Positions 18,621 through 27,900 of a stretch of DNA of 36,338 bases are shown here, in pieces. Origin of the DNA: Acidimicrobiia bacterium (GTDB taxonomy: Bacteria; Actinomycetota; Acidimicrobiia; Spongiisociales; UBA11373); contig JAZGIX010000173.1 of the NCBI GenBank assembly GCA_036482315.1, positions 1 through 36,338 on the forward strand. Direction: 5' to 3'. The position numbers and the translations under genes were made by a program. The notes below the pieces were generated by a model. It had not been told where the DNA came from and ran no database searches. It worked only from the letters and a program-made list of their open reading frames with translations. Each line of letters starts with the position of its first letter. Position 1 is the stretch's first letter.

Positions 18621-18875
18621 GTGAATCTCCTATGCGCTGCGCTCCAGATCTATTGGATCGTCGTCGTCGCGAGGATCGTGATGGAGTGGATCCCCGTCTC
18701 CTACGACCATCCACTGGCACGGGTTCGGTCGGCCCTGAGATCGGCCACCGAGCCGGTGCTGGGACCGTTGCGGGCGATGCTTCCTCCGATGCGTCTCGGG
18801 GGCGTCGGCCTCGATCTGAGCCCGATCATCCTCCTGGTCGGACTCAGCCTCCTCACCGGGGTGATCTGCAACTAG
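18621..18875 (+). CDS. yggT: YggT-family small membrane protein
   Basis: ORF 18555..18875. The GTG at 18621 gives M-NLLCAALQIYWIVVVARIVMEWIP, a typical YggT helix. A second TM helix lies at the C-terminus. It occupies the conserved slot after sepF. Confidence 0.8.
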   Translation: MNLLCAALQIYWIVVVARIVMEWIPVSYDHPLARVRSALRSATEPVLGPLRAMLPPMRLGGVGLDLSPIILLVGLSLLTGVICN

Positions 18876-18912
18876 GAGGGCGCGCCCAGAGATGGTATGG
18901 ATTGGTCGAAGC

Positions 18913-19022
18913 CGTTTCCCGTTTCCAGTTCCCCGCTTCCCGAATCAAGCCCCGGTAGCTGAAAGCAGCACGACAGCTCCAGCAACACCATTCGGGAAAC
19001 GGGAGACGGGCAACGGGAAACG
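18913..19022. repeat. Long imperfect inverted repeat made of phased heptamers; candidate bidirectional terminator or REP/MITE-like element between convergent yggT and ileS
   Basis: The left arm 18913-18945 (TTTCCCG/TTTCCAG/TTCCCCG/CTTCCCG units) is complementary to the right arm 18990-19022 (CGGGAAA CGGGAGA CGGGCAA CGGGAAA; CGGG at 18993, 19000, 19007 and 19014). I count 28 of 33 positions complementary. The spacer is 44 nt and contains its own AGCTG/CAGCT mini-stem. Confidence 0.85.
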
Positions 19023-19168
19023 TCGCCCTGCGAGCTCCCGCGTCGGGCCCACAGGGTGCCGCGATTTCCCAATCCGCCACGCCTCCAAGAGGGGGCGCCG
19101 ATAGGTGCCACCAACACGAAACGGTTGAACCGGTCGGTGGGGCCGGCGAAATCACTCTGCCCGGCGGG

Positions 19169-22100
19169 TCACTGCCGGCGAGTCACCGCCAGCGAGATGG
19201 CAACCTCGTCGCCCAGCGAAGCAGGTGATCCGGAGTCGTCGCGAACGACATCGGTGGCGAGTGTCTCGGACGCCACCCAGATACCGTGGGTCTCCATTGC
19301 GCGGCGGACGTCGCGGTTGTCTGAATTCCAGTGGATTGCAATCCGATCGGTGACTTCGAGGCCTGCCTCGCGCCTGAGACCTTGCACGACCTTGACGATC
19401 TCACGAGCGATCCCCTCGACCACCAACTCGTCGGTCAGGGCGGTATCGATCGCGACACTGAACTCGGTGCCGGTGGCGACCGCGATACCTTCACGTGCTT
19501 GGCGGGTAACGATCACGTCATCCAGGGTCACAAGCTGACCGAGTACCTCGACGGACCCGCCACCGACGAGGGTGTCGATCGTGCCAAGATCGAGAGAGAC
19601 GATGGCGTCGGCTGCCTCCTTCATCCTGGAGCCGAAGCGGGGGCCGAGGCTCCGGAAGTTCGGCTTGACGCCGAGGTGGGCGAGGCTCGCCTCGTCGGCG
19701 GAGGTCTGGACCGCCTTGACGTTGAGTTCCTCGGCGATCAGGTCCGCATGCGAGTTGATCGCGGCTCGCACCCGCGAGTCGTGGCTCACGATCGTCACCA
19801 TTGCCAGCGGCTGCCGGGTCTTGAGGCCTTCAGCGACGCGCAGACTGCGACCCAGTGAAACTGCCGTCCGGACTGCTTCCATCTGACTCTCGTTCGTGGC
19901 GTCGATGAGTTGCTCGATAGCTTCGGGGTAGTCCTCGTGATGCACGCTGACGGGTCCGGTTGCGGTGCCGGCGCGCTGTGACACGACAAGGCCTTGGTAC
20001 ATGGTCTCGGTCACGAAGGGAAGCACCGGAGCCATCAGCTTGGCGAACGTCACCAGGACGTCGTAGAGCGTTGCAAACGCCGCAAGAGAGTCGGCCGGTA
20101 TGTCGTCACCCTCCGATCGGGCGGCCCAGAAACGGCGGCGGGTGCGGCGGATATACCAGTTGGTGAGGTCGTCGACGAAGTCGATCAGCGGGGGGATCAC
20201 GTTGTAGAGGTAGTAGCCCTCCATCTCGCGGTTGATCTGCTTTACCAGGCTCTGCAAGACCGACAGGATCCATCGATCGATCTCGGGCCGATCAGCCGGG
20301 GGAGCCGCGGCCCCCAGGTCCTCGGCGGTGAGCCCCTCGGCGGCTGCATAGGTCGTAAAGAAGGAGTACGCATTCCAATAGGGGAGCAAGACCGTGCGCA
20401 CGACGTCGCGCACCCCCCGCTCGGTGAAGCGCAGCGGCTCGGCTCGCACCACTGGAGAGTTGATCAGAAACGCTCTGAGGGCGTCGGCGCCGGTGGCATC
20501 CAGGAGTTCGAACGGGTCGGGGTAGTTCTTGAGGCTCTTCGACATCTTCTTGCCGTCCTCGGCGAGGATCATCCCATTGACAACGCAGTTCTTGAACGGC
20601 GCCGAGTCGAAGATGGCCGTGGCGTGGATGACCAGCGTGTAGAACCAGCCGCGAGTCTGGTCGAGACCTTCTGCGATGTAATCGGCAGGGAATCGCGCCT
20701 CGAAGCGTTCCTTGTTCTCGAACGGGTAGTGATTCTGCCCGTACGGCATCGCTCCCGATTCGAACCAGACATCGAGTACTTCAGGCGTTCGACGCATCGT
20801 GGATCCGCACTCAGCGCAGGGAAATGTGACCTCGTCGACGATGTGCTTGTGCAGGTCGGCCACCAGCACACCCGAGTGCTCTTCCAGTTCGGCGACCGAG
20901 CCGACGCACACCCGGTGCTCGCACTCCTCGCATTCCCAAACCGGGAGACAAGAACCCCAGAAGCGATTGCGGCTGATCGCCCAGTCGCGCGCGTTCGCCA
21001 GCCAGTTTCCAAATCGACCTACTCCGACGTGTTCCGGGACCCAGTGGATGGTCTCGTTGAGTTCGACCATCCGGTCTCTGATCTGCTCCACGGCCACAAA
21101 CCAGGTCGGAATCGCCTTGTAGATCAGTGGAGTGTCGGTGCGCCAGCAGAACGGATACGAGTGAACCGCTCGGCGGTTGCGAACCAGGTCTCCGGTGGCA
21201 GCCAGCAATTCGACCAGTTTGGTGTCGGCTTCTTTGACGTTGACCCCGGCTACGTCCGGAACCTCGTCGGTGAAGTTGCCGATCTCATCAACCGGGTCGA
21301 CGATCACGTCGAGACCGGCGGCGTGGAAGGCATCGAAGTCGGCTTCCCCGTATGCGGGAGCCATGTGCACCAGACCGGTGCCTTCTTCGGTCGATGTCTC
21401 ATCGCCGGCGATCACGACGAATGCGCCTTCATCGACCCGGTCGGCGAAGTAATCGAACACCGGCTGATAACGGGTACCGATCAATTGCTGGCCGGTCGCT
21501 CGAGCCGAGGGAGTCGGGGGATCGTCCCAATAAGAATCGACGAGGTCGGCCGCAATCCAGTACCGGCCGTCGTGCGAATCGATCGGTGCGTCGATTCGGA
21601 CGTATTGGATGTCTTTTCCGACTGCGACTCCAAGATTCGATGGCACCGTCCACGGAGTCGTCGTCCAGAAGAGGAGGTAGTCGCCGGGTTCGGCCGGTCC
21701 GGAAGACGTCGTTACTTCGAGACGAACCGTGATCGAGGGGTCTTCTACATCGCGATACTGCCCGAGGTTGACCTCGTGGTTGGACAATGGGGTCGCCGCA
21801 CCCCATGAGTAGGGGAGGACCTTGAACGCCTTGTAGACCAGCCCCTTGTCCCACAGCTGCTTGAAGACCCACCAGACGGATTCCATGAAGTCGAGGTCCA
21901 TCGTCTTGTAGTCGTCCTCGAAGTCGACCCAGCGGCCGATCCTCCGGGTGATGGCTTCCCAGGTCTCGGTATTGCTCATCACTCTGCTGCGACAGGCCTC
22001 GTTGAAGGCGGCGACGCCGAATTCGAGGATCTCAGCCGGACCGGACAGCCCGAGAGCCTTCTGGACCTCGAGCTCGATCGGCAGACCGTGCGTGTCCCAC

Positions 22101-22366
22101 CCGAAACGTCGTTCGACGCGGTGACCGCGCATCGTCCAGTACCGGGGAACGATGTCTTTGAGCACTCCGGCGAGGAGGTTGCCGTAGTGGGGGCTTCCGG
22201 TGGGAAACGGTGGACCGTCGTAGAACGAGAATTCGGATGATGCCGGACGCTGGGTAACGGAAGTCACAAATGCGTCGTTCTCGTCCCAGAGCTCGAGAAT
22301 CCCCAATTCCTGGTCGGGGAAGGAGACCCGTGACGGAACCCTTTGGAAGGGGGCTGGGCTCTTCAT
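19169..22366 (-). CDS. ileS: Isoleucine--tRNA ligase, long eukaryote-like (type 2) form
   Basis: 1065-aa ORF. The class I motifs are PPFPTGSPHYGN (HIGH-type) and KKMSKSLKN (KMSKS). The editing-domain-sized insert and the length match actinobacterial-type IleRS. A T-box leader lies upstream. Confidence 0.95.
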   Translation of the reverse strand: MKSPAPFQRVPSRVSFPDQELGILELWDENDAFVTSVTQRPASSEFSFYDGPPFPTGSPHYGNLLAGVLKDIVPRYWTMRGHRVERRFGWDTHGLPIELEVQKALGLSGPAEILEFGVAAFNEACRSRVMSNTETWEAITRRIGRWVDFEDDYKTMDLDFMESVWWVFKQLWDKGLVYKAFKVLPYSWGAATPLSNHEVNLGQYRDVEDPSITVRLEVTTSSGPAEPGDYLLFWTTTPWTVPSNLGVAVGKDIQYVRIDAPIDSHDGRYWIAADLVDSYWDDPPTPSARATGQQLIGTRYQPVFDYFADRVDEGAFVVIAGDETSTEEGTGLVHMAPAYGEADFDAFHAAGLDVIVDPVDEIGNFTDEVPDVAGVNVKEADTKLVELLAATGDLVRNRRAVHSYPFCWRTDTPLIYKAIPTWFVAVEQIRDRMVELNETIHWVPEHVGVGRFGNWLANARDWAISRNRFWGSCLPVWECEECEHRVCVGSVAELEEHSGVLVADLHKHIVDEVTFPCAECGSTMRRTPEVLDVWFESGAMPYGQNHYPFENKERFEARFPADYIAEGLDQTRGWFYTLVIHATAIFDSAPFKNCVVNGMILAEDGKKMSKSLKNYPDPFELLDATGADALRAFLINSPVVRAEPLRFTERGVRDVVRTVLLPYWNAYSFFTTYAAAEGLTAEDLGAAAPPADRPEIDRWILSVLQSLVKQINREMEGYYLYNVIPPLIDFVDDLTNWYIRRTRRRFWAARSEGDDIPADSLAAFATLYDVLVTFAKLMAPVLPFVTETMYQGLVVSQRAGTATGPVSVHHEDYPEAIEQLIDATNESQMEAVRTAVSLGRSLRVAEGLKTRQPLAMVTIVSHDSRVRAAINSHADLIAEELNVKAVQTSADEASLAHLGVKPNFRSLGPRFGSRMKEAADAIVSLDLGTIDTLVGGGSVEVLGQLVTLDDVIVTRQAREGIAVATGTEFSVAIDTALTDELVVEGIAREIVKVVQGLRREAGLEVTDRIAIHWNSDNRDVRRAMETHGIWVASETLATDVVRDDSGSPASLGDEVAISLAVTRRQ

Positions 22367-22600
22367 GTTGGTCCTCGGTCGGCGTCGTTGCCGCCGGGAC
22401 GAGCAGTTACCCGTGGTACCACCCGGCTTGTCGAGCCGTGGAGTCCGCCGGTAGGCGGGCTGGCAGGGCGCAACCGCTTCTCATACCCATCTCGGAGGGC
22501 GATTCCGGCGAGATCTACTCCGATCCGGATGGACCGTTTCGTCTCGCGGTTCGGGGATGATGTACACCTCGGGCGAATCACCGGTCTCACACCATCTACC
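22367..22600 (-). promoter_or_regulatory. T-box riboswitch leader of ileS (Ile specifier); the 5' boundary is approximate
   Basis: The minus-strand RNA contains CAAGCCGGGUGGUACCACGGGUAAC (rc of 22407-22431), matching the T-box core GGGUGGUACC. The UGGU tetranucleotide fits a tRNA with an A73 discriminator. The only AUC triplet followed by A (ACAUCAUCC; AUC = rc of 22559-22561) lies about 130 nt upstream of the core. A GCCGGG...CCCGGC alternative helix follows the core without a U-tract. Confidence 0.75.
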
Positions 22601-22752
22601 GGCTCGCTCTGACCCGTATCCGAGGCGACGTGTTCCCGTCGTCACCGTGGCCGGAGAATGTAGCAGGCGAAGCGCCGTTCATCGTTCCAGACGTTGTTCC
22701 GTTGGAGCGGCGCTGACATGTCGGCCGGAGCCTCGTCCTGCGATCAGTCGAG

Positions 22753-22819
22753 CTTCCCGATTCCCGAATCCGACTCAGCGGATCCCTATCGGGCGTCGGG
22801 CATCGGGCATCGGGAGAAG
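22753..22819. repeat. Heptad-repeat inverted repeat with CCCGA/TCGGG cores, the same family as 18913-19022
   Basis: The left arm 22753-22773 reads CTTCCCGA TTCCCGA ATCCGA. The right arm 22789-22819 reads TCGGGCG TCGGGCA TCGGGCA TCGGGAG AAG. The TCGGG cores keep exact 7-nt phasing and the arms are complementary at the cores. Like the 18.9-kb element, it contains GCTTCCCGA in the left arm and CGGGAGA in the right arm. Confidence 0.8.
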
Positions 22820-22862
22820 TGCTATTGGAAAGAATCGGTACGGCACAACTAACTTGACGCAC

Positions 22863-23165
22863 ATGCTTCAGGATCATCCCGACGGCGTCGTCGTCACCGT
22901 TTGGGTGGTGCCGGGCGCCAGCAGAGATCAAGTGGTGGGTGAGCATGACGGAGCGCTCAAGGTGAGAACGGTCGCTCCGGCAGAGGGAGGCAAGGCCAAT
23001 TCGAGGGTCGCCGAGATGGTTGCGGAGGCGGTTGGTGGCCGGTCCGGGTCGCTAGTCGCCGGTTATGCCTCTCGCCGCAAGCAAGTCCTGGTGATTGGGG
23101 TCATCGTCGCCGACGCCGCGGCCGCCCTGGTCGGGGGCGAAGAACGGCGTAAACAAAGCGGATAA
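22863..23165 (+). CDS. yggU: DUF167 (YggU-family) protein
   Basis: ORF 22557..23165. The ATG at 22863 gives MLQDHPDGVVVTVWVVPGASRDQVVGEHDGALKVRTVAPAEGGKANSRVAEMVAEA, the characteristic YggU pattern (V.PGA..D.I.G......LKV...AP...GKAN..L...LA). The upstream 102 codons of the ORF overlap the T-box/intergenic region and look non-coding. Confidence 0.8.
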   Translation: MLQDHPDGVVVTVWVVPGASRDQVVGEHDGALKVRTVAPAEGGKANSRVAEMVAEAVGGRSGSLVAGYASRRKQVLVIGVIVADAAAALVGGEERRKQSG

Positions 23166-23209
23166 TCACTATCCGCGTGGTATCGTCGCTCGGCTTCACG
23201 GAGGAAACG

Positions 23210-23584
23210 ATGGCACGGAGCCTGGCCACATCGACACTCAAGCGCTTTCGCAGCTTGCTGGAAGAAGAAAAGACACGCCTGACAGACGTTATCCGAGAGA
23301 TCGAAGACGAGCAGGAAGAACTCCGCCTGAGCGAGACGTCGGCGGAGCGAAGTCCGGACCCCAACACGGCCGAAGGCGGCTCGTTGGCTTTCGAGATAGA
23401 GAAGGAATTGTCTCTCCATCAGAATGCCAAGGATCTCCTGTCACAGGCGGAGGAGGCCCTTGAGCGAATCGAAGACGGGACCTACGGAATCTGTGCCGAC
23501 TGCGAATCGGCGATTCCGGTCGCTCGCCTCGAAGCTCTGCCGCACACCAAGCTGTGCGTGACATGCTCAGCAGCACGTCACTGA
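23210..23584 (+). CDS. TraR/DksA-family C4 zinc-finger protein
   Basis: ORF 23177..23584. The ATG at 23210 has GGAGGA 4 nt upstream. An acidic coiled-coil region is followed by CADCESAIPVARLEALPHTKLCVTC (CxxC-x17-CxxC). Its position just upstream of lspA is common in Actinomycetota. Confidence 0.85.
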   Translation: MARSLATSTLKRFRSLLEEEKTRLTDVIREIEDEQEELRLSETSAERSPDPNTAEGGSLAFEIEKELSLHQNAKDLLSQAEEALERIEDGTYGICADCESAIPVARLEALPHTKLCVTCSAARH

Positions 23585-24033
23585 GGACCCGCCGCTTGGC
23601 TCTCACCGTGGCTGCGGCAGTCATCGCCGTAGACCAACTGGTGAAGTGGTGGGCGGTGGCGACTCTCCCCGGGAAGCCGGTCGTTTTGGTGGAGGGCTTC
23701 CTTCAGTTTCGATTCGTGTCCAATTCTGGTGCCGCCTTCTCGCTGCTCGATGGCTTCGGGTCGGTGATCGGTCTCATCGCCATCGCCGCGGCAGTGTTCA
23801 TCTTCCTGGTGGCGGTGAAGGTGGACAGCACCGGCGAGACCGTGGCACTGGGCCTGGTTCTGGGCGGAGCGGTCGGAAACCTTGTCGACCGGGCTTTTCG
23901 AGGTGATGGCTTCCTCGATGGCGGCGTAGTGGATTTCGTCGATTTCTCGTTCTTTCCAGCGTTCAATGTGGCCGATTCCGCCATCACCGTCGGGGCGATC
24001 CTCGCTCTCTGGTTCGCTTTTCGAAGCAGATGA
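23563..24033 (+). CDS. lspA: Lipoprotein signal peptidase (signal peptidase II)
   Basis: ORF 23554..24033 (GTG at 23554 or ATG at 23563; the start is ambiguous). It overlaps the upstream gene by about 20-30 nt. Motifs VSNSGAAFS, GGAVGNLVDR, VVDFVDF and FNVADSAI are present, with 4 TM helices. Confidence 0.88.
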   Translation: MLSSTSLRTRRLALTVAAAVIAVDQLVKWWAVATLPGKPVVLVEGFLQFRFVSNSGAAFSLLDGFGSVIGLIAIAAAVFIFLVAVKVDSTGETVALGLVLGGAVGNLVDRAFRGDGFLDGGVVDFVDFSFFPAFNVADSAITVGAILALWFAFRSR

Positions 24034-24920
24034 TCTGGCCCGTTCCTGCCGAGTGGGTTGGAGACAGAGCAGACAAAGTGCTGGCCCATCTGAGTGGGCG
24101 CAGTAGAGCCGACGCCCGGCGAGCCCTGGAGGAGCAAACCGTCACCGTGGACGGTACCTCGGTGGCAGCGAGGTACCGGGTGACCGAAGGCGATGCCTTC
24201 GTGGGTGAGATACCGGATCGCAAAACCGCACTGGAGCCGGAGCGGGTGGCATTCGGAGTCGCCTTCGAGGACGAGCACCTTGTCGTGATCGAGAAGCCCT
24301 CCGGGTTGGTGACACATCCGGGAGCCGGGCGCCAGGCGGGGACCCTGGCCGGCGGGCTGCTGCACCAATGGCCTGCGATCCGTGGGGTCGGAGTCGAGAA
24401 CAGGTGGGGGATAGTTCATCGACTCGACCGCGACACCAGCGGGTTGCTCGTTGTCGCCTTGACAGCCGCGGCCTATGAGGGGTTGTCCGAGGCGATCCGA
24501 TTGCGCCGGGTCACGCGTGAGTACCTGTGTCTTGTCAGCGGATCGCCACCGTCGCCGACCGGCACCATCGAGGCGCCCATCATGCGCGACCCGCATCGAC
24601 CGATGCGAATGCGAATCGATGCAGAGGGGCGGCCTGCCGTCACTCACTACCGGGTGGAGCGCTCGTGGGACGGCGGCGCCTTGCTGCGGGTGACGCTCGA
24701 GACCGGAAGAACCCACCAGATCAGGGTTCACATGACGTCGATCGGTTTGCCGGTAGCGGGAGACCGAACCTACGGCGACGGGAGCAAGGATCATCGGTTG
24801 TTCCTGCACGCGACTCGCCTGGCCTTCGACCATCCGGTGACCGGGCAATCAATCGACATCGAGTCACCTCTACCCGATGACTTGGCTTCCGTGTTACAGC
24901 TGGCCTCACCGGAGAGCTGA
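24030..24920 (+). CDS. rluD: RluA-family 23S rRNA pseudouridine synthase (RluD-like)
   Basis: ATGA overlap with lspA. The N-terminus is S4-like. The catalytic motif HRLDRDTSGLLVVA, GRTHQIRVHM and LHATRLAF are present. Confidence 0.88.
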   Translation: MIWPVPAEWVGDRADKVLAHLSGRSRADARRALEEQTVTVDGTSVAARYRVTEGDAFVGEIPDRKTALEPERVAFGVAFEDEHLVVIEKPSGLVTHPGAGRQAGTLAGGLLHQWPAIRGVGVENRWGIVHRLDRDTSGLLVVALTAAAYEGLSEAIRLRRVTREYLCLVSGSPPSPTGTIEAPIMRDPHRPMRMRIDAEGRPAVTHYRVERSWDGGALLRVTLETGRTHQIRVHMTSIGLPVAGDRTYGDGSKDHRLFLHATRLAFDHPVTGQSIDIESPLPDDLASVLQLASPES

Positions 24921-24997
24921 AGAAAGACCCCATCGAACGGGCCTGCGCCCCGGCTGTTATCGTCGACTCACACGCTTGTAATTCGCCTGGAGCAGGA

Positions 24998-27900
24998 GTG
25001 CCAGCCACCAGCTCAGATCGCAGCAGCAGGTTCGCCCACCTGCATCTTCATACCGAATACTCGATGCTCGATGGGGCGGCCCGTGTGAGCGACGTTATCG
25101 CGGCGGCAGTTGCCGACGGTCAACCTGCCGTGGGGCTCACCGATCACGGTGTTCTTTACGGGGCGGTCGAGTTCTATCAGCAGGCCACCAACGCCGGCAT
25201 CACTCCTGTGATCGGCATGGAGGGTTACCTGACTCCCGGATCCCGGTTCGATCGGCCGCCACGGCGGGAGGACCTCAGGTATCACATCACTCTTCTGGCC
25301 GTTTCTCAGGTCGGGTATCAGAACCTCCTCAAGCTCTCGAGTCGTGCCTACCTGGAAGGCTTCTACTACAAGCCGCGGATGGACTTGGAGCTGCTCGAGA
25401 CGTACGCGGAAGGAATCATCGCGACGACGGGATGCCTCGGCGGTCACGTTCCCCAGCTTCTGGCACCGGATGCATCGGACGAAGAGGGCAATACCAGCGG
25501 TGCGCGCGACTTCGATGCTGCCGTCGAGGCGGCGGCCATGTACCAGGACATCTTCGGCAAGGAGAACTTCTTCGTCGAGGTGATGGACCACGGGGTCGAA
25601 GCACAGCGTCGGGTGCTCCCCGACTTGCTGGCGATCTCGCGCCAAATCGGCGCTCCGCTCCTGGCCACCAATGATTGCCACTACACGAACTCGACTGAAG
25701 CCGAAGCCCACGACGCCCTGCTCTGCATCCAGACCGGATCACAGATGGGGGACGAGAAGCGATTCAAATTCCAAGGCTCGGGGTACTACGTCAAGTCGGC
25801 TCGGGAAATGCGAGCGTTGTTCCCAAGTGATGAGTTCCCGGAGGCGTGCGACAACACGCTTCTGATCGCCGAACGCGCCGACGTGTCCATGGTATTCGGC
25901 AATATCCTGCTGCCCCACTTCCCAGTTCCGGATGGAGAGACCGAGGCATCCTTCCTCCGGAACCTGGTACTCGAGGGAGCGCGTTTTCGATACGGAGATT
26001 CTCTCTCAGAGGAGGTAACGGAGCGGGTCGAGTACGAACTCGACGTCATCGAGAAGATGGGGTTTCCTGCGTACTTCCTCATCGTTTGGGATCTGATTCG
26101 GTATGCCCGTGAACGCTCGATCCGGGTCGGTCCCGCCCGCGGATCTGCGGGCGGCTCGATCGTGTCCTATTGCCTGCGAATCACCGACATCGATCCCCTG
26201 GCATACGGCCTGATATTCGAGCGCTTCCTCAACCTCGGGCGTCGCGAGATGCCCGACATAGACATGGACTTCGACGAGCGATACCGGGCAGACGTCATTC
26301 GTTACGCCGCAGAGCGATATGGGTCGGATCACGTGGCTCAGATCATCACCTTCTCGACTATCAAGGGACGTCAGGCGATTCGGGACAGCGCCAGGGTGCT
26401 CGGTCTTCCATACGGGCTCGGTGACAAGATTGCCAAAGCGATGCCACCTCCGATCCTGGGTCGGGAAGCGACCCTCGAGCAGACCCTGGTTCCAGCGGGG
26501 TCTGACGCCGACGATGTCGATCGCGACCACCACACGGCAGGCGCCGGCCTACGGGAAATGTATGCATCCGACCCCGAAGCGGCCCGGGTGATTGACACCG
26601 CGCGAGGTCTCGAAGGCCTGCGTCGACAGGACTCGATCCATGCAGCGGCCGTGGTGATCTCTCCGCAGCCACTGATGGAGATCGTCCCGATCCAGCAGAA
26701 AGGAGAGGACAACGAGATCGTCACCCAGTTCGAGATGCACGCGATCGAACAGCTCGGCCTGCTCAAGATGGACTTCCTCGGTCTGCGCAACCTGTCGACC
26801 ATCGAGCGGACGCTCGACCTGGTAGAGGCGGCCGACTTAGCCCGTCCCGACATCGACTCGGTTCCGCTCGACGATCCCGAGGTATACGCAATGCTCTCCC
26901 GTGGCGAGTCCATGGGTGTCTTCCAGATGGAAGGTTCGGGCATGCGGGCACTGATGCGGAACCTGCGACCCGACCGGTTCGACGATCTGATCGCTCTCAT
27001 CTCGCTCTATCGGCCGGGGCCGCTGGGTGCGGGAACCCACAACATGTACGCCGATCGCAAGAACGGCTTGGCGCCGATCGAGTTCCCGCATGAAGACCTC
27101 GAACCGGTGCTGTCGGGCACGTACGGGATCATGGTCTATCAGGAGCAGGTCCTGCAGGCGGCACAGGTGATGGCGGGCTTCTCCATGGTCGATGCCGATC
27201 TCTTGCGCAAGGCGATGGGCAAGAAGATTCCCTCCGTCATGGCGGAACAGTCGGATCTGTTCGTAGAGGGCTGCGTTCGGAAGGGACACCCGCGGGATTT
27301 GGGCAAGGAGATCTTCGACCTGATCTCGCACTTTGCCGGGTACGGATTCAACAAGGCTCATGCCACCGGATACGCCCTGGTGGCCTATCAGACAGCCTGG
27401 CTGAAGGTGCACCACCCCGCTGAATACATGGCTGCTCTACTCACGTCGTCGAAGAGCAACAAGGATCGAACCGCCGTCTACCTGAACGAGTGCCGGACCA
27501 TGGGAGTGAAAGTCCTGGTTCCGGACGTGAGTTCGTCGGAGTCGGACTTCGTGGCGAGAGACGGCACCGTGCCCTTCGGCCTGTCGGCCATCCGAAATGT
27601 CGGTGAGGGCGTGGTGGAACTGATCACTCAGGAGCGCAAGCAGAACGGTCCGTACCTCTCTTTCCAGGACTTCTTGGATCGGGTCGATTTGGCGGCGCTG
27701 AACAAGAGAACCGTGGAGTCGCTCATCAAGGCCGGGGCGTTTGATGCCACCGGTTCCCCCCGCAAGGGGTTGATGGCGGTGTTCGAGCAGATGCTCGATG
27801 CTGTTGTGTCTCGTCGCCGGGCTGAGGATATGGGGCAATACTCACTTTTCGGCACAGACGAGCCCTCCGTGCAATCGGGCGCGGTCGAGATTCCCGAGAT

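Noticed and set aside
19994-21808. 604-aa plus-strand ORF
   Set aside because: It lies entirely antisense to ileS, which has unambiguous class I synthetase motifs. The translation has no recognisable domain and shows the composition expected of an antisense frame.
24954-24982. Possible dnaE promoter (CTGTTA ... 17 nt ... TGTAAT)
   Set aside because: The -35 matches TTGACA at only 3 of 6 positions, and the -10 is weak for a GC-rich actinobacterial-type genome. It cannot be supported without TSS data.
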